A stretch of 63,961 nt of DNA, filler included. It is 7 parts of 7 records of this genome, joined end to end, with 100 filler letters (N's around TTAATTAATTAA, not from the genome) between each part and the next. Parts side by side here need not be neighbours in the genome. Positions count along the whole stretch, not along the records: positions 52,431 to 58,028 come from SRR31147125_9466; positions 58,129 to 63,961 come from SRR31147125_9488; 5 more parts are not named here. One strand, 5' to 3'. Shown here one piece after another: positions 53,939 through 63,844 of the stretch. The notes beneath the pieces were generated by a model. That model was not told the origin of the DNA, made no database searches, and worked only from the letters and a program-made list of their open reading frames with translations. The translations under genes were made by a program, and so were the position numbers. The stretch's first letter is position 1, and the number at the start of each line of letters is the position of its first letter.

Positions 53939-54208
53939 TGTCTCACGCAAAGCCGCCAAGAACGCAAAGAGGAACAAAAACAAAAACCTGATTAAACCAT
54001 TGGGTTTAACCCACGGAAAAAAGTATTTCACGCAAAGCCAAAAAACGCCAAGATGTTGTGTATTTGTGTGATAAATGGGCCAAAAGTTGTTTCTCGTAAA
54101 TGCAAAATTAATGATTGGTTTTTTTCTTAAGTTTTAACCCCTTTTTTTGAAAAGATTTCCTTTGCGATCTTAGCGTCTTGAGTGAGCGAAGTGAACGGGC
54201 GTGAGACA
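53939..54208. repeat. Palindromic CGCAAAG-type element, copy 3, with an extra internal left arm at 54024-54052
   Basis: Perfect terminal IR TGTCTCACGC/GCGTGAGACA; right arm CTTTGCGATCTTAGCGTCTT-GAGTGAGCGAAGTGAACGG-GCGTGAGACA. Confidence 0.88.
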
Positions 54209-54231
54209 GCTTTGTGGTCTGTGGCTATTAT

Positions 54232-55794
54232 ATGAAACCAATCCTCATTCATCATTTTCTCGAACAAAGCGCACATCGCTTCCCCGACAAATGCGCCCTG
54301 GTACATGAAGAGGTTCGGGCAACGTACCAGCAGATAAATTCCCAAGCCAATCATCTGGCCCGGTTTTTTATCGAACGCGGTGTTCTCACCGGCGATCGAA
54401 TCGTATTGCTGCTCGAAAACAGTCTTGAATACGTGGTTGGTTATTATGCTGCACTCAAAGCCGGTGCGGTTGCTGTACCAATGAACACAGAACTGAAACC
54501 GGACGGTTTGTTCCCCCTATTGCAGGAATTGGATGCAACGTGTTTAGTGACATCACGAAAATTCGAGCGGGTTTTGCGTGCAGTCGATCTTTCTGCGACG
54601 ACAATCAGTTCGATCATCCTAAAATCGCCCAAGTTGAGCCTGAATCAGGATGTCGAGGTTGTCGATTGGGATGATGTCGTTTCGGAAGATAATGCGACTG
54701 ACCTTGCTCTTGCTATTCCGGAAGCGTCTCTTGGCAGTATCATCTATACCTCCGGTTCTACCGGCAAACCCAAAGGAGTCATGCTCACCCACCGCAACAT
54801 CGTCAGCAATACCAATTCGATCGTTGAGTACCTCGAACTGACCGAAAACGACATTCAGATGGTAGTCCTGCCGTTCTTATATGTTATGGGTAAATCGCTG
54901 CTGAACACTCATTTTTCTGTTGGCGGTAAGGTGGTGATTAACAACAAGTTCGCTTTCCCGGCAACCGTGGTGACACAAATGGTTGAAGAGGAGGTTACTG
55001 GTTTTTCCGGGGTACCTTCTACCTATGCTTACCTTTTGCACAAGTCGCCTCTGGCTGCTCGTCGGGATGATCTCAACTCCCTTCGATATTGCAGCCAGGC
55101 AGGAGGCCATCTGGACAAAACTACAAAGGAAAAACTTTTGAAGATTTTACCACAACACACAAAGATATTTGTAATGTACGGGGCAACCGAAGCCTCTGCC
55201 AGACTAAGTTATGTTGAACCTCATAGGCTAAACGAAAAGATCGATTCCATCGGTCAGGCGATTTCCGGTGTGACCCTCAAGGTTCTTAGTGAGAATGGTC
55301 AGGAACTCCCAAACGGCCAAACAGGAGAAATTGTCGCTTCCGGAGAAAATATTATGCAGGGCTACTGGAAGGAACCCGAGTCTACAGCTAACGCTCTGAG
55401 TTCCCAAGGTTACCACACAGGGGATATGGGGTACCGCGATCACGAAGGCTATTTTTTCGTAGTTGGACGCAAAGACAATCAGCTCAAGGTTGGTGGGCAC
55501 AGAGTCAGTACTCAGGAAATTGAAGATATCATTTTGTCGACGGGACTTGTCGTTGAAGTGGCTGTTCTGGGCCTTCCGGACCCATTGCTTGGCAATAAGC
55601 TGGTCGCGGCGACGGTCTCTTCTGACAAGGATTTGGATGCCAACCAGATTCTTTCGCTTTGCGCGAAAAAACTACCAAACTTCAAGGTTCCGCAGGATAT
55701 TCTTTTTGTCAAAAGCCTTCCCAAAAGCGCCAGCGGTAAGGTGGACAAGAGAAAAGGTAAAGAGCTATTTCTGCAGACAGCGCCTTCAGGGTAG
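54232..55794 (+). CDS. AMP-dependent acyl-CoA/acyl-ACP ligase
   Basis: IIYTSGSTGKPKG, MYGATEA, YHTGDMG, GRKDNQLKVGGHRV, LPKSASGKVD. Confidence 0.93.
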   Translation: MKPILIHHFLEQSAHRFPDKCALVHEEVRATYQQINSQANHLARFFIERGVLTGDRIVLLLENSLEYVVGYYAALKAGAVAVPMNTELKPDGLFPLLQELDATCLVTSRKFERVLRAVDLSATTISSIILKSPKLSLNQDVEVVDWDDVVSEDNATDLALAIPEASLGSIIYTSGSTGKPKGVMLTHRNIVSNTNSIVEYLELTENDIQMVVLPFLYVMGKSLLNTHFSVGGKVVINNKFAFPATVVTQMVEEEVTGFSGVPSTYAYLLHKSPLAARRDDLNSLRYCSQAGGHLDKTTKEKLLKILPQHTKIFVMYGATEASARLSYVEPHRLNEKIDSIGQAISGVTLKVLSENGQELPNGQTGEIVASGENIMQGYWKEPESTANALSSQGYHTGDMGYRDHEGYFFVVGRKDNQLKVGGHRVSTQEIEDIILSTGLVVEVAVLGLPDPLLGNKLVAATVSSDKDLDANQILSLCAKKLPNFKVPQDILFVKSLPKSASGKVDKRKGKELFLQTAPSG

Positions 55795-55801
55795 AGTGGA
55801 T

Positions 55802-56663
55802 ATGTCAGGGTTGAAGGAATCAATTGATGCTTTTAATATAAAAAAAAACCGAAAAACCTTGATGCTTTTTGGCCTTCTCCTGGCGGCTTTTGTCATCGTC
55901 TTTTTCCCGACCTGGCAGAGGTTGTTTCATGCATGGTCTTCTTCTGATGATTACTCTCATGGGTTTTTGATCGTTCCTCTCAGCATATACATCTTATGGC
56001 AAAAGAGAGAAGCTCTGAAAGTTGCGTCTGTCAAGCCATCTTGGGTAGCTTTTCCGCTGGTATTAATTGCATTGTGTTTATATTTGGTCGCGCAATATGC
56101 GGAAATCCTGACCTTGGCACCACTTGCAATGATTCTGTTTATAAGTGCAAGTTTGATTTTTCTTTTCGGCTTTCAGATTTTTAAAATCTGCTGTTTCCCT
56201 TTATTGTTATTATTTTTCATGATCCCGGTCCCGGCTCAGATATATGCGACCCTGACTATTCCTCTCCAGCTTTTTGTGACGAAAGTGACGGCTTTTTTTG
56301 CCTCTTCAATGGGAATTCCCATATTGCGCGAGGAAATGTTCTCCATCTGCCAGAGCATACTTTGCAGGTCGTGCAGGCTTGCAGTGGACTGCGTTCGATG
56401 ATGTCATTGCTGGTGCTTGGAATTATCATCGGTTATTTCAGTCTGCGATCCAATTGTCTGAGAACCGTTCTGTCCCTATTGGCTGTCCCGATTGCCATTA
56501 TGGTCAACGTATTTCGCGTGCTGCTGATGGTTGTCGCCTTTTATTTCTTTAATTTCGACTTAGCCCACGGAATGGTACACACTGTTTTTGGTGCAGCTAT
56601 TTTTTTCTGGCGTTTGTTCTTTTTATCCTTTTTAGAAAAGTTCTTGTACTGTGCGAAAAATAG
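55802..56663 (+). CDS. Exosortase (EpsH family); frameshifts near 56332 and 56603
   Basis: DDYSHGFLIVP, FMIPVP, restored LREGNVLHLP, VVQACSGLRS (catalytic Cys), VNVFRV (Arg), HTVFG (His). Confidence 0.88.
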
Positions 56664-57304
56664 GTTATGTGAGGATTGTCGTTTTGGTAATGTGTCTTGG
56701 GTTGACTTGGGTTTTGTTGTTTTTGCGCCCAGCAACCCAGGTGCAGAACCGAAAGATTGCCTTGGAGGAGACTCTTTCACAGATAAAACACTGGCGAAAA
56801 GTTTCCATGTCGTCACTCGACCCAATTATTGTTGAGGAACTGAAACTGGATGAATATGTTTTTCAAACATATTCGCAAGGTCAAGGAAGCATAAATCTTT
56901 ACGTAGGTTACTATTACACCTCTAGCAAAGTTGGTGCTGCTCATGATCCTCTGGTCTGTTTTCCCGGGCAGGGGTGGCAAGTGAGTAATAGTCAAAAAGG
57001 CAGTCTTCACTTGATCGATGATGTCGATTATAATATCAGTTATTCAATGCTGCAGGCAGAAAAGAACGAAGAGAAGGAGCTGGTATACTATTGGTACCAG
57101 GCCGGTAGCCAGGCGACTTCTGGGTCGTTGACACAAAAGATAATGTTGTTGCGTAGTAAATTTTTTCAAGGCAGTGAAAACAATGCATTCATCAGAATCA
57201 GCTCACCTATAAAAGGTGAGTCGTTACAGGAGGGGCATAAACGTATTCAGGATTTTATTAAGGATTTTTATCCAGTTTTTCTTGAGTTTTTAGAAGCAAA
57301 ATGA
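56651..57304 (+). CDS. epsI: EpsI-family exosortase-associated protein
   Basis: LYVGYY, AHDPLVCFPGQGW, LVYYWYQ, AFIRIS. Confidence 0.85.
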   Translation: MRKIGYVRIVVLVMCLGLTWVLLFLRPATQVQNRKIALEETLSQIKHWRKVSMSSLDPIIVEELKLDEYVFQTYSQGQGSINLYVGYYYTSSKVGAAHDPLVCFPGQGWQVSNSQKGSLHLIDDVDYNISYSMLQAEKNEEKELVYYWYQAGSQATSGSLTQKIMLLRSKFFQGSENNAFIRISSPIKGESLQEGHKRIQDFIKDFYPVFLEFLEAK

Positions 57305-57328
57305 TTTTTGGAAAATGGGAGGATGCTC

Positions 57329-58028
57329 ATGAATATCAAAAATATCATTTTTATTGTTTTTTGTTTGTTGTTTTTTCTCGTTTTAACTGGTTGTGACGGC
57401 AGTTCAGATATAAAAAATGGAGTGGAGAGGATGGCAGTCAATAAAGAAACATTGGTAAAAGTATTTCAGAAAAAAATATATTTCGGGCATCAGTCCGTTG
57501 GGAAAAACATTCTGAGTGGGGTTTCTTTACTTGCACCGAATGAAGTTAGCAATATTATTGAGGTTCGAGATGAGAAGAAAGGGGGAAGTAATACACCCGG
57601 TTTTTATCACTCTCTAGTTGGAGCTAATTTAGATCCAAAAGTAAAAGTTGATGATTTTAGAAAAGCCATAGAGACTGAATTCTCGGGCAACCTGGATGTG
57701 GCCTTCTTAAAATTCTGCTATTTGGACATTTCCAAAGACACAAATGTTGAAAGTGTTTTTGTCTACTATAAATCGAATATCATGGAGTTAAAAAAGAAAT
57801 ATCCACATATTCTTTTTATCCATTTCACCATTCCGCTAACGATAAATAGTTCCACATGGAAGACCCAAGTGAAAAAGATGCTCGGAAAAGATAGTTTGTG
57901 GGAGTATGCGGATAATATCAAAAGAAATGAATTTAATCAGATGCTATTGAATGAGTACCAGGGAAGTGAGCCGGTTTTTGATCTGGCGGCTATCGAATCG
58001 ACACGGTCAGATGGAAAGCGGGAGTTTT
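57329..58028 (+). CDS. Hypothetical lipoprotein (SGNH-like FGHQSVG.NI motif), 3'-truncated
   Basis: VLTGC lipobox; YFGHQSVGKNI, FLKFCYLD, DNIKRNEFN, VFDLAAIES. Confidence 0.65.
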
Positions 58029-58128
58029 NNNNNNNNNNNNNNNNNNNNNNNNNNNNNNNNNNNNNNNNNNNNTTAATTAATTAANNNNNNNNNNNNNNNN
58101 NNNNNNNNNNNNNNNNNNNNNNNNNNNN

Positions 58129-58329
58129 TCTATAGAAAATGATGCATATGGGTTCCAGGTGCGTCGGGAAATCGCACAGCCACCGCGCATGTGCCTGCCC
58201 AAACACCTCTCTGTCGTTGGAATACGCAATCAGGATATCAAGGCCATCCTTCGCCATCATTTCCTGAACCTTACTCCATCGCTCTTTGTATTCCTCTCTA
58301 GGAATCATTGGATACTTATTATCAAACAT
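58129..58329 (-). CDS. M24/creatinase-family N-terminal domain, 3'-truncated
   Basis: IPREEYKERWSKVQEMMAKDGLDILIAYS...RWLCDF; AGGAGG SD; the upstream gene ends 14 nt before the start. Confidence 0.7.
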
Positions 58330-58343
58330 CATAACCTCCTTGG

Positions 58344-59057
58344 TTAACGATTGATCCACACATCGTTTGCCTGCTCAAGCATCCGATCTGCCGCAGTCCT
58401 CACTTCCGTATCCTTCAAGAATAGCCCAGATGTCCCGCCGGTCAGTATATCTGCGCCGCATTCCACAAGTTTTGGTATCGTTTTTTCGTGCACGTTGCCA
58501 TCTGCCTGTATACGCAGCGCCAATCCTTCATCATCAAGCGCCTGCCGAAGTTTTTTTATTTTTCTATACGATTCTTCTTTGATAGTTTGGCCGGAATAAC
58601 CCGGCTCTACCGTGAGTTTCAATATCCACGACACTTGTTTTGCCAGCGCGATGATATCATCATCCACGGAAGTCTGCGCCTTTAGCGCCAGCACCGGCCG
58701 CACGCCCATGCCGGTTATCTTATCAAAGCACTTTTTCAGGTTGGCTTTTGTGTCGCTTTCGTAATGCACGGCTATATAGTCTGCCCCCGCCTGCACATAC
58801 TGCTCAATATACTTCTCGGGCTCAAATACCGCGAGATGCGCTTCTATCGGCAAATGAGTATGCGGTCGAATGGCTTTCAGTGTCGGTGTGCCAAGTATGA
58901 TACAGTCGTTGAATCGACCGTCGACTACGTCAAAATGAAGCATCGAAACGTTGCTTTCATGCACTCTTTTCATATCTTCTTCCAGATTGAAAAGGTTCAT
59001 GCAAGAAACAGACGCTGTTATTATTATACCTTTTTGATTCAAATCAAGAGTGTTCAT
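58344..59057 (-). CDS. Ribulose-phosphate 3-epimerase-family protein
   Basis: LHFDVVDGRF, EAHL, AVHYE, LTVEPGYSGQ, QADGNV, GGTSGLF. Confidence 0.88.
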   Translation of the reverse strand: MNTLDLNQKGIIITASVSCMNLFNLEEDMKRVHESNVSMLHFDVVDGRFNDCIILGTPTLKAIRPHTHLPIEAHLAVFEPEKYIEQYVQAGADYIAVHYESDTKANLKKCFDKITGMGVRPVLALKAQTSVDDDIIALAKQVSWILKLTVEPGYSGQTIKEESYRKIKKLRQALDDEGLALRIQADGNVHEKTIPKLVECGADILTGGTSGLFLKDTEVRTAADRMLEQANDVWINR

Positions 59058-59133
59058 AAAATTAGTCCTTTAATCGCCTATCCGGCAAGCCATAGAGCAG
59101 CCTGCCGGAAATATCGCATATCATAGTATGAAT

Positions 59134-60213
59134 TTATTTCATTAGCTCGTCAATCATTTTTTCTTTCTGGGCAACTTGGTCTTGCGGAAGATACCCCGCC
59201 CTTATTGAAATGCTGTATTTGCCTTTGCCCGGGATGACCTTGACATTGCCTTTTTTCTTCTCTTCGATATAGCCTTCCGGCTCTGCAGTCGCCGGCAGCA
59301 CCATGCCCATCGACTCCCAGTTTTTATGCTTGACCATCCATCGCACGCACCGTGGCAGCTCTTCCGGCTTATAGGATGTGTAATCCGCACTGCCGTCCGG
59401 GTTGACATACATGAAGTGCGCATAGCCGTCCTTGTCTGCCACAGGGTCGCGCAGAAACATCACGATCTCCGGATCATATACGGTTTCCTCAGTCACGTTC
59501 TGAGTGATCTTCACGTCTTTCTCGATGGCATCCTGCAAATCGAGGAAAGACTGCTCTACAGCATTGTATTGCGGCACTGTCTTTCTTAGAAGCATCGTTT
59601 CACTGTCCCACGCATGGCTCTGAACGATCCTTCCGCCCGTCGTCGAGCGGTTGTTGATGTGACACATATACATGAAATCCATATCGTATGCCGACAAGTT
59701 GTTGCACACAAAATCGATGTCCAGCATTGAGCTGCCCTTATAAAGCCGCACAAAGGGGTTGACCATATAATGATCTCCAAACGCTCTGTTATATTCAATG
59801 CTGCCCAAAACACCAATGTATTCTCCGCGTGCGTCGCTGCCAGTAACGATTTGCGTCGAATCATATTTTGCGATTGTGAGCTCACCGTGATGCTCATGTG
59901 TATCTTCCGGAGACGGGCAGCCCATCGCCAATGCGCCGCAGTGCATCACATAGCATCCATACGTTTCAAGAAAGTGCTTCGCCAGCCTTGGCTCTTCAAA
60001 GTTATTCTTCATCTTTAAAGAGCGTCCGTTAAACACAGCGTCCCAAATCATCTGCCCAACGTATGGTAGTATCGTGATATAGCCGGTGCTGTTTTCAAGC
60101 TTGATTGCTTTCACGCCTGTGCTGAATGTAAACAACGACGCTTTCAGCTCTCCTGCATCCACAAAAATTTTTTCAGTCTCTGAAAAAAAGTCTTCTCTAA
60201 CGTCAATTTTCAT
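59134..60213 (-). CDS. DUF4432/aldose 1-epimerase-like protein
   Basis: LPYVGQMIWDA.F.G..L.M, TYGC..MHCG..AMGCP...DTH..HGE, YMCHIN, LPATAEPEGY. Confidence 0.85.
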   Translation of the reverse strand: MKIDVREDFFSETEKIFVDAGELKASLFTFSTGVKAIKLENSTGYITILPYVGQMIWDAVFNGRSLKMKNNFEEPRLAKHFLETYGCYVMHCGALAMGCPSPEDTHEHHGELTIAKYDSTQIVTGSDARGEYIGVLGSIEYNRAFGDHYMVNPFVRLYKGSSMLDIDFVCNNLSAYDMDFMYMCHINNRSTTGGRIVQSHAWDSETMLLRKTVPQYNAVEQSFLDLQDAIEKDVKITQNVTEETVYDPEIVMFLRDPVADKDGYAHFMYVNPDGSADYTSYKPEELPRCVRWMVKHKNWESMGMVLPATAEPEGYIEEKKKGNVKVIPGKGKYSISIRAGYLPQDQVAQKEKMIDELMK

Positions 60214-60244
60214 TTTAGCTATTCTCCTTGTTCGATTCTCTTAT

Positions 60245-61297
60245 TTAATTTTTTGTCAACCTCATCGCACGCGAGATCCTTCTCGAGCTTCCTGTGGCCG
60301 ACAGATAGTTTGTCACCATGACGATGAGCAGCACAGCGCCCCAAATGAGCGGCCGATAGAAGTTGCTGATCTGCGGAAACATGTTTAGCCCAGAGGACAG
60401 TATCTGCAATGTGAAGATCGCGATCGTCACACCAAACACCTTGCCAAAGCCGCCTTCCGGATTCACGCCGCCCAGCACAACGATCAATATGCACTGCAAC
60501 GTATACGCCGAGCCATAGTCCGCTTTTGCCGAGTTATAGTTCGCAAGCATGATCAAGCCGCCGATTGCTGCCAGAATGCTCGCATATATGTGTGTTCGAA
60601 TCGTCAGTTTATCGTTCCTAAGCCCGCTGAACCGCGCAGCTTTCGGGTTTGAACCCATCATATAGATTTCTTGTCCGTATTTGGTTCTGCTTAGCGCCAG
60701 GGCAAGCACCACCGCCGCGGCAAGGAATATGAGGAACGACAACGGAATAACCCCAAACACGGTCGTTCTCATGATGTTTGAATATGTGATGGGCAGCCTG
60801 CTGAGCGCTGCGCCTTTTGTGATGATGATCGCCATCCCTGTGAAGAACTGGTGTGAACCCAACGTTGCCAAGATAGGCGGAATCCCCACCTTCGAGATCA
60901 AAAATCCATTGATGAATCCACATGCTGCGCCGACCGCAAAAGCGGCCAAAATGGCAAATATAATGACAATCGTCGTCTGCCCCTCTGGCGAGCCTTTCGG
61001 CGCCAGCCCAAGCAAGATTGATGCAACCACGATAGATGTCAGATTTGCAACACCCACCACGCTGAGGTCGATGCCGCCTATGATCATCGTCAGCATGATA
61101 CCAAACGCCATCATACCGTATTCCGGAAACTGGAACATCATCGATTGAAAATTGCCAATCGTCAAAAACTTTTCTGAATTGACGATCGCCAATGCCGTAA
61201 ACAGCAGCAAAAAGATGATGATCAGCCGCGTTAGATGCTTGTCAGCGTTTAATTTATTCTTTACTTTTCCAAAAAACGTACTTTTTTCTTTATTCAT
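60245..61297 (-). CDS. Sugar ABC transporter permease
   Basis: GGIDLSV, IPPILATLG, MGSNPKAARFSG, VVLGG. Confidence 0.93.
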   Translation of the reverse strand: MNKEKSTFFGKVKNKLNADKHLTRLIIIFLLLFTALAIVNSEKFLTIGNFQSMMFQFPEYGMMAFGIMLTMIIGGIDLSVVGVANLTSIVVASILLGLAPKGSPEGQTTIVIIFAILAAFAVGAACGFINGFLISKVGIPPILATLGSHQFFTGMAIIITKGAALSRLPITYSNIMRTTVFGVIPLSFLIFLAAAVVLALALSRTKYGQEIYMMGSNPKAARFSGLRNDKLTIRTHIYASILAAIGGLIMLANYNSAKADYGSAYTLQCILIVVLGGVNPEGGFGKVFGVTIAIFTLQILSSGLNMFPQISNFYRPLIWGAVLLIVMVTNYLSATGSSRRISRAMRLTKN

Positions 61298-61312
61298 ATC
61301 GATCGCCTCCCG

Positions 61313-62323
61313 TCAAGCATCTCGGAGCCCAGGCAGTTTCCTGCTGTCCCTAATCGTACGATAGGCAGTAACACCTGTGCCTACCAGTATAAGCGTTCCT
61401 GTAAACAGCTCTTGCCAGAACGTTGGAACACCAAGCAATATCAAGCTGTTTTGAACGATAGTCAGCAGCAATATGCCAAGCATAGCCCCCCATATCGAAC
61501 CCGTCCCGCCGGTAATGCTGGTACCGCCAAGCACAACCGCCGCGATAACGACCATTTCCATCCCGAGAAGATTCGTCGGGTGAACCATTTTCATCATGCA
61601 TACGCGTGTTATTCCTGCTGCACCGGCGATCGCGCCTACAAAACAGTAGATCGCAAACTTTATCAGCTTTACCCTGAAACCGGCACGAACCGCAGAGTTT
61701 TCATCGCCGCCGATGGCAAATATACCGCGTCCAGACATCGTATATCGCAGAAATATGGCCACGCCGATCACCAATACGGCGAATATGATAAATGTTGTCG
61801 GCATCTCAGACGTCAGTCCTGTCTCTGGGTTAACGCCCGTGAACAAGCTCGAATACCCAAACCTCGGCATAGAGTCGGGCAGCATGTCTTCACTGATCTG
61901 CACAGAGTTCAACACGCCCTGCATAATGCCGCGATACACACTTTGTGTGCCAAGCGTCACGATAAGCGCCGGCAGTCTGAATATCGAAATAAACAAGCCG
62001 TTTAGTGCGCCAAGCGCGATGCCCAATGCAATACCTATCAGATAAGGCACGATGACCGGCCCCTGAAACCCCATGTCCACCAGCATTTTGCTCGTCGCAT
62101 ACGCCACGAGAGATGCCAACGCCGGAAATGATACGTCGATACCGCCGGATACAAGCACGATAAACGCGCCAACGCTGAACATGCCGGGAATAACCAATGA
62201 CCTCAGTATATCAACAATGTTGTTGCCTGTGAAAAACTGTCCGCTTCGAATCTCGATAAGCAAACACAGTACAACGATCGTAATCAATATGTAAAACTCA
62301 TTTTTCTTTATTAATTTTTTCAT
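61313..62323 (-). CDS. Sugar ABC transporter permease
   Basis: SGGIDVSF, LPALIVTLG, AIGGD, VIAAVVLGGTSI.GG.G. Confidence 0.93.
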   Translation of the reverse strand: MKKLIKKNEFYILITIVVLCLLIEIRSGQFFTGNNIVDILRSLVIPGMFSVGAFIVLVSGGIDVSFPALASLVAYATSKMLVDMGFQGPVIVPYLIGIALGIALGALNGLFISIFRLPALIVTLGTQSVYRGIMQGVLNSVQISEDMLPDSMPRFGYSSLFTGVNPETGLTSEMPTTFIIFAVLVIGVAIFLRYTMSGRGIFAIGGDENSAVRAGFRVKLIKFAIYCFVGAIAGAAGITRVCMMKMVHPTNLLGMEMVVIAAVVLGGTSITGGTGSIWGAMLGILLLTIVQNSLILLGVPTFWQELFTGTLILVGTGVTAYRTIRDSRKLPGLRDA

Positions 62324-62341
62324 AATGCAATTATCCCCCCG

Positions 62342-63844
62342 TTATACTTTCGCTGTCTTTGTCGTGATCTTTTTCGACAGTTGTTTTACAGAAAGAGTAT
62401 TAGGGTCATCCTCTCCCACGATCTTTCCACCGCGCATGATGAGCAACCTGCTGCAGTTTGTGATCACTTCGCGGAGATCATCAGATATGATGATCACTGC
62501 CAGTCCCTCTTTGGCCAATTCCTGCAGTATTGCGTGAATGTCATGCTTAGAGCCGATATCCACACCCACCGTCGGCCCGTTGAGTATCAGCACATCAAGT
62601 TCAAGCGCCAACGACTTTGCAAGCACGATCCTTTGCTGGTTACCGCCAGACAGTGTATTAGCGTCGTTGTTTGGATCCGGTGTCGCGATAGATAGCTTAT
62701 CAACCCACTTTGCTATTTCAGCATTTTTAGCTTTTTCATCAACGATGCCGAGCTTGCTCGACAGCGCTTTGAGCTTAGGCAGAACAATGTTGTTGCCGAT
62801 AGATTGATGCAGAAACAGGCCTTCCGTCAGTCTGTCTTCCGGCACATAGCCAATCTTTGCTTCTATCGCATCGTTCACATTGTTGATCTTCACTTTTTTG
62901 CCATTGATCAGTATATCGCCCGAGGTGGCTTTATGAATGCCAAACAGAGAAAGCGCAAGCTCAGTACGTCCAGATCCAAGCAGCCCCGTGATGCCGAGTA
63001 TTTCGCCGCGGTGCAGTGAAAACGACACATCGGTAAACCCATTTTTAAGTGTGAGATTTTTAAGCTCTAAAACAGGTTTTTCGTCTTTGATTTCGGCCAA
63101 GAAGTGTGCCTTTTCAAATTTTCTGCCCGTCATATAATGCGTGAATTTATCGTTGTCCAGCTCAGATGTATCGCCGGTCTTTACCATCTCTCCATTTCGA
63201 AGGATAGTAAATCTTTCAGATATTTCGAAAACCTCATCCAGCTTATGGCTTACAAACAGCGTAGCAATGCCTTGTTTTTGAAGCGACTTAATTATGCCAA
63301 ACAAGTTGTCGACTTCGTTTTTCGTCAATGCTGTTGTTGGTTCGTCCATAATGATGAGTTTTGCGTTGTTGATCAACGCCCGGCATATTGCAACCAGTTG
63401 TTTATCTGCTACGGATAATTCGCCAACTTTTGCATTAAAATCAATCTTGAAATCGATTTTTTTGACTGCTTCTTCAGCAATCTTGCGAAACCTCTTCCAA
63501 TTGACGACTTTTCTTTTCGCTGCCAATTCGCTGTTAAAAGCGATGTTTTCGATGACAGATAAGTTGGGGAATATAGAGAAATCTTGATAGATCACCTGCA
63601 CACCGTGCATGATCGCATCGATCGGTGTGATCTTCTTTATTTCATCGCCGTTAATCTCAATTGTCCCATAGTCCTTGCTATAAACTCCGGATATGATTTT
63701 GATCAGTGTCGATTTTCCGCTTCCGTTTTCTCCGGCCAAACAATGAATCTCACCCTTATTTATTTCTAAAGAAACACCTTTTAAGGCCTTGACCCCTTCA
63801 AACGCCTTCTTGATGTTTGTTGCTTTTAAAATTTGTTCAGGCAT
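62342..63844 (-). CDS. Sugar ABC transporter ATP-binding protein (two NBDs, RbsA-like)
   Basis: GENGSGKST, IIMDEPT, GLLGSGRTE, VPEDR, LSGGNQQ. Confidence 0.95.
   Translation of the reverse strand: MPEQILKATNIKKAFEGVKALKGVSLEINKGEIHCLAGENGSGKSTLIKIISGVYSKDYGTIEINGDEIKKITPIDAIMHGVQVIYQDFSIFPNLSVIENIAFNSELAAKRKVVNWKRFRKIAEEAVKKIDFKIDFNAKVGELSVADKQLVAICRALINNAKLIIMDEPTTALTKNEVDNLFGIIKSLQKQGIATLFVSHKLDEVFEISERFTILRNGEMVKTGDTSELDNDKFTHYMTGRKFEKAHFLAEIKDEKPVLELKNLTLKNGFTDVSFSLHRGEILGITGLLGSGRTELALSLFGIHKATSGDILINGKKVKINNVNDAIEAKIGYVPEDRLTEGLFLHQSIGNNIVLPKLKALSSKLGIVDEKAKNAEIAKWVDKLSIATPDPNNDANTLSGGNQQRIVLAKSLALELDVLILNGPTVGVDIGSKHDIHAILQELAKEGLAVIIISDDLREVITNCSRLLIMRGGKIVGEDDPNTLSVKQLSKKITTKTAKV

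Noticed and set aside
52971-54208. CRISPR or integron attC array
   Set aside because: Units are 135-270 bp and separated by whole genes of one operon; there are no RYYYAAC/GTTRRRY cores, integrase or cas genes.
55463-55801. N-terminal extension of the exosortase ORF
   Set aside because: It overlaps the ligase CDS in another frame; the real start is most likely ATG 55802.
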